Part shown: piece after piece, positions 62,015 through 64,000 of the stretch
Layout: the number at the start of each line of letters is the position of its first letter
Numbering within the stretch: position 1 is the stretch's first letter
Source of the DNA: Paraspadella gotoi
Lineage: Eukaryota > Animalia > Chaetognatha
NCBI GenBank assembly: GCA_051294375.1
Contig: CM119267.1
Coordinates: 8,594,843 to 8,658,842 of the forward strand
Length of the DNA: 64,000 bases
Reading direction: 5' to 3'
Notes under the pieces: generated by a model
Told to the model about the DNA's origin: nothing
The model's input: only the letters and a program-made list of their open reading frames with translations
Database searches by the model: none
Translations under genes and position numbers: made by a program

Positions 62015-64000
62015 GAAGAGAGAGAGAGAGAGAGACGAGAGAGAGAGGAGAGAGAGAGAAAATACAAAGGATGAAGAAAGGTTCGCGTCTGTTGCTTTTA
62101 ATATGACGCATTTTATCTTCTTAGTTTTCTCTCTCGGTTTCTCTCTAACAATGCAAAGAAAATACTATACTTACTGTATATCTCGTGTAGACTATAGTTT
62201 AAACTGTAAAACCAAAAACTCCCGATCTAAAAAACATTTTTAATTTTCCGATCACATTTGGTTTCCCCGTTCAGCATTCGCCTTCACCTTTCTTCACAAA
62301 AACTTTCCCAAAAAATTATCATCCACCTTTGCAAATAGGTCGACTTTTTTGTTAAACGGTCACAAACAGATGGACGCACCTGTTCGAAATTTCCGCAGTC
62401 ACGGCGCGTGGGCGGCACCTTGCCATCTCAACGAGAAAGGCTCGCTCTTGAGTGGGCGTGGCCTTCCCGTCATTCTCGCGCTTTTTTAGGTTTTTTTTTT
62501 AAAAAAGTTTTGTTTTTGTGTTTTTTTCGGTTGTCGTCGTCGAAGCGGCGCGGGTTCTCTTTCATTATTAATGAATACAATGACTGCGAAAAACAATCGA
62601 TGCTCCTCTTTTGTTTTTTTTTTTTTTTTTTTCTCCTCTTATTAATTTTTTTTCAGTTTTTAAATTTTTCAAGAATCTTTTCTTGACTGGCGAAAGTCGG
62701 AGAATTCTGGCGGCGATAGAAGATCACGTGACAGGAAAGAAAAAACTAGACACTGGAAACAGAGAGAGAAAAGAGATAAGAGAGAGAGGAGAGGAGATGA
62801 GAGAGAGAGACCGAGAGAGAGAGACGAAGAGAGAGAGGAGAGAGAGGACGAGAGAGGAGAGAGAGAGAGGAGCGAAAAAAGTGAATACATTAAAAAGAAA
62901 CAAAATCACAAGCATGGACTGAGGTTTTAAAGCGGGACAGAGAAAACAATGTGTGAGCGAGAAGAGAAAAAGAGAGAAAGAGAGAGAGAAGAGAGAGAGA
63001 GAAGGATGAGAGAGAGGAGGAGGAAAGAAGAGAGAGAGAGAGAGAGGAGAGACGTGAGAGAGAGTAGAGAGAGGAGAGACCGAGGAAGAGAGAGAGAGAG
63101 AGGAGAGAAGAGGAGGGTGAATGAGAATGTACGAAGAGAGCGAGAGAGAGAGAGATGGGTTAGGATCTAGAAAAAGAGTTTTTAAGCCTGAGGACGAGAA
63201 ACGCCAGAAGAAAAAGGATGAGGAGGGAAGGAAAGAGACCCGCCGCGTTTCAAACGACGACGACGACGACGACGACGACGCGACCGGGGATCGGATATGG
63301 CGAATTATCGTCTGCGCGGCCCAAAAGTAGAGTAATACAAGAAGGAAGCCTCAACGGAGGAGACGAATCGGAGGAGGAAAGGGAGATTTTTTCTTCTGGA
63401 GACCGAAATAAGGGAGGAAAGGAAAAAGCGAAAGGATGGAAAGAGGGAAGGAAAATTAGAATTAAGGAAAAGGTGGAGAAAGAAAAGAAGAAATGGGGGG
63501 AAAAATGTAATATGGAAGATAAAATTTTGTAAAGTGGAAAATTTAGAGAAAAAAGACAACAGAAAGAAAAGGAGAAGAGAGGAAAAGCAGATGTAGAATG
63601 ATAAAGGAAAAAAAGGGAAAAATTTAAAAAGGAAGAAAGGAAAGGAAAAGAAAGGAAGTCAAAGCAAAAATCAGGAACACTGAGGTGGAAACCAAACGCA
63701 GTCACAAGGGATAGGAATTGTGGTATATACGAAATATAAAGCATATCAAATTAGGAATAAGAAATAATGCCGCAAGAAACGCGTTAAAGGACAAAATAAA
63801 TTTTGTGCAAAGAAAGAAAAGAAAAAATATTCAAAAAAAAGAAGGAAATAAAGTGGGCAAACAAAATCTAGGAAAATAATTGGGAAAACGGCGGGAAAAA
63901 ATTTGAAAAATTGCAAAAGCCCAGGAACACCCTGATTGAGCAATAAACCAAAAGCACAATTTGAAGAAAAACCGAAAAAAAAGTTTTCAAAATGCAAAAA

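Overview
Eukaryotic, most likely invertebrate animal, DNA: spliceosomal introns, a sigma-class GST and dense (GA)n/(GAAG)n microsatellites. Almost all ORFs in the supplied track are microsatellite translations. One gene is well supported: a five-exon sigma-class glutathione S-transferase (6177-7467, +, 204 aa) with unusual G-site substitutions. About half of the window is two blocks (A, about 10.3-17.3 kb; B, about 37.6-41.4 kb) repeated several times in direct and inverted orientation. The copies differ by dense indels and are separated by six gaps of exactly 25 N, which points to long-read gap-filling or fold-back artefacts and uncollapsed haplotypes rather than real segmental duplication. 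Comparing the redundant copies exposes filled and empty sites for two insertions. One is a 244-bp TG..CA solo LTR with a 4-bp TSD, a tRNA-like Pol III promoter and a strongly base-paired RNA fold (38146-38389). The other is a 3.5-kb LTR element with no recognisable RT, carrying an Ala/Glu/Lys-repeat ORF, an internal poly(A) and an integrase H2C2 remnant (43402-46932). A roughly 600-bp fold-back MITE with (T)TAA-AGG ends is also present. All alignments were done by eye, so repeat boundaries are approximate.
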